This document shows, in pieces, positions 8,467-10,525 of a stretch of DNA of 10,525 bases; position 1 is the stretch's first letter, and each line of letters opens with the position of its first letter. The translations under genes and the position numbers were made by a program. The notes under the pieces were generated by a model, which had not been told where the DNA came from, did not search any database, and was given only the letters and a program-made list of their open reading frames with translations. Origin of the DNA: Octopus sinensis (lineage: Eukaryota); the NCBI RefSeq assembly GCF_006345805.1, contig NW_021827374.1, forward strand, positions 1 to 10,525. Direction: 5' to 3'.

Positions 8467-8493
8467 TCGGGCAACGCCGGGTATCTCTGCTAG
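8467..8493 (+). mobile_element. Helitron-type 3' terminus (GC-rich imperfect hairpin, then CTAG)
   Basis: tcgggcaacgccgg hairpin (8467-8480), 9 nt spacer, CTAG at 8490-8493. Its 5' partner is not determined. Confidence 0.7.
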
Positions 8494-9022
8494 TCTCTAT
8501 ATATAAAACTGAAATGCGTTTTTACCGCTTGGATCGCTTTCAATGCCACTACATCCCGTCCGATTCGCTCCAAAATTTACAGGGACATGTAGAATGAGGT
8601 GACGAAGCTCGTGGGCTACCTTAGAAATCCCTATCTTAAAAGGTGTGGTTGCTAGGGGCCATCATCCTCACTCACGCTATTTCCTCCTTTCCCTCTCTTA
8701 CTCCCCTTCATTTAGCCCACTCCCGTTATTTAATGTAAGAACATTTTCACTCACTCTATCTCTTAGCTTCCCATAATTTTTACTCATGTATCTCTATACA
8801 GAGAAACAAATAGTCCATCGCCATCGCCACCGCATTCTATTGTCTACCTGTCAACGCGCCCATCGACCAAATACAAACAGAACACACCAACGAGCGTTTA
8901 TATACATGTGTGTGTGTGTGTGTGTGTGTGTTCTATATATAAATATGTATATATAATGTATATATACAAAGTGTATATATCTGTATTTATGTATATTAAA
9001 CTTTTTAATACTTTTTGATAGT
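8494..9022 (+). mobile_element. Helitron-like non-autonomous element, 5' portion (family A, copy 2); may extend to ~10128
   Basis: Starts TCTCTATATATAAAACTG; 96.8% identical to 756-942 over 187 bp; carries ~225 bp (8681-~8905) absent from copy 1. Confidence 0.65.
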
Positions 9023-9771
9023 TACGTAAAGGGAACTGGTTGCTTCTTTACACTTTTTGGGTGCAACTTGGGTGCGAGACAGATAACTTTCTCTGTTAAT
9101 TACGTGACCAACAGGGGTCTAACAGGGGGAAATTATGCCTAAACATGAGCGCAGCGCATGTGAACACCCGAAGTGCTTTGAGTCGGGAGAAGAATTGAGC
9201 TGTTGCAGACGTGTTGCAAAACAAGGGAGTACACGTGCAGAACAGAGGTGCATGAGTGCAATAGGGCTTGCTAGGCTGAAATACAGCGTACAGTATTGAA
9301 TATCCCAGTGATTAATGCGGTAAGGCTGAGGCTGCCAGCCAGTGCTTGAGCTATTATATGCCTCGGTCGTGCAGGAACAAAAGTGTGGCATGCTGGCGCG
9401 TTGTAAGGGACAAACAACTTTCTCTATGTATGCGTGACCGACCTAGGGTCTTACAGAGATGAGTTGTGTTTACAAGGGCACATTGAGCATGAAAAACAAG
9501 CGAGAAAGGCATGTGTAGCGTATGAATGTGACAGAGATAGTGTTTTGCTGTCTGCCTTGAAGCAGACCTTTCCGTTGTTACTGCCTGATATTTATGATTG
9601 ATCTTTCTAAATATTTCATTTCTCAACTTACTCAAGATCTTTTGTTGTTTATAAATGGGAGAGAGATAGATAAAGATAGAGAGTAAGAGAAAGCGAGGGA
9701 GAATCCGAGAGAAAGGAAGAGTTAGAGAGTGGGAAAGTGAGAGATAAAGGAGAGAGAAACAAAGAGGGAGA

Positions 9772-10060
9772 ATCATCATCATCATCATCATCATCATCGT
9801 TTAACGTCCGTTTTCTGTGCTAGCACGGGTTGGACAGTTTGACAGGGGTCTGGGAAGCCAGGAGGCTGCACCAGGCTCCAGTCTGATCTGGCAGTGTTTC
9901 TACGGGTGGATGCCCTTCCTAACGCCAACCACTCTGTGAGTGTAGTGGGTGCTTTTTCGTGCCGCCACGATCGGTTGGTGCTTTTTTACGTGCCACCAGC
10001 ACAGAAGCCAGTCAAGGCGGCGCTGCAATCGGCCACGTTCGGATGGTGCTTTTTACGTGC
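9772..10060 (-). mobile_element. 5'-truncated SINE/non-LTR retroposon fragment with (GAT)n tail
   Basis: Minus strand ends ...aaaacggacgttaaac(gat)9, a non-LTR-type tail. Three internal ggtgcttttt(a)cgtgc repeats near 9948, 9977 and 10045. Resembles a very common octopus repeat (recall). No clear TSD. Confidence 0.7.
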
Positions 10061-10096
10061 TGAAAGGAAGCAACAGAAAGTAACAACCACACTCTT

Positions 10097-10128
10097 ACCC
10101 GCGCGTAGAGCGGGTCACCTTCAGCTAT
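10097..10128 (+). mobile_element. Possible degenerate Helitron 3' terminus
   Basis: Perfect 6-bp stem acccgc/gcgggt (10097-10115), 9-nt spacer, then CTAT|T where CTAG|T is expected. Confidence 0.45.
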
Positions 10129-10326
<198 letters not shown>

Positions 10327-10440
10327 AATATAACAACTTCTTATCTCTGACTCCACCACCCTCACCTTACCGCTCAATCTAATTATATGTCTTTATTTTA
10401 AATTATATCTACAAATTTGTCCTTATCGCGGACACAAACA

Positions 10441-10525
10441 ACACACACACACACACATGTACACACCACACACAGATACAATGATACACGCGCGCACACA
10501 CATATATAAATGTACACATAAATGT
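10441..10525. repeat. Interrupted (CA)n low-complexity tract
   Basis: Read directly from sequence. Confidence 0.85.

Noticed and set aside
9354-9797. 147-aa minus-strand ORF starting with poly-Met
   Set aside because: The Met run is the (GAT)n retroposon tail and the L/S-rich part is an AG-rich low-complexity tract.

Overview
Non-genic, repeat-dense eukaryotic DNA with no intact host gene. The repeat landscape resembles what I recall of Octopus/cephalopod genomes (inference, no search run). Layout: (TA)n/CTAT tracts; a Helitron-like 5' end (756); a second GTCT-type element head (1452); a GC-rich 60-bp minisatellite array (1730-2569) fused to 2.76 copies of a 490-bp repeat (2567-3920); a 5'-truncated, dead RTE-clade LINE (4003-6714) with a 72/76-bp target-site duplication; microsatellites; a Helitron CTAG|TC head-to-tail junction (8493/8494); and a (GAT)n-tailed retroposon on the minus strand. 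Main result: each 490-bp unit contains a type I hammerhead ribozyme core (CUGAUGA...GAAA, GUA cleavage triplet, 8-bp helix I, palindromic helix III). Predicted cleavage after 2808, 3297 and 3786 would release 489-nt monomers that fold into many G-U-rich helices. This is the layout of a retrozyme (circular-RNA-producing retroelement). The ribozyme has an atypical long helix II closed by A-A, so its activity needs testing. All folds were derived by hand.
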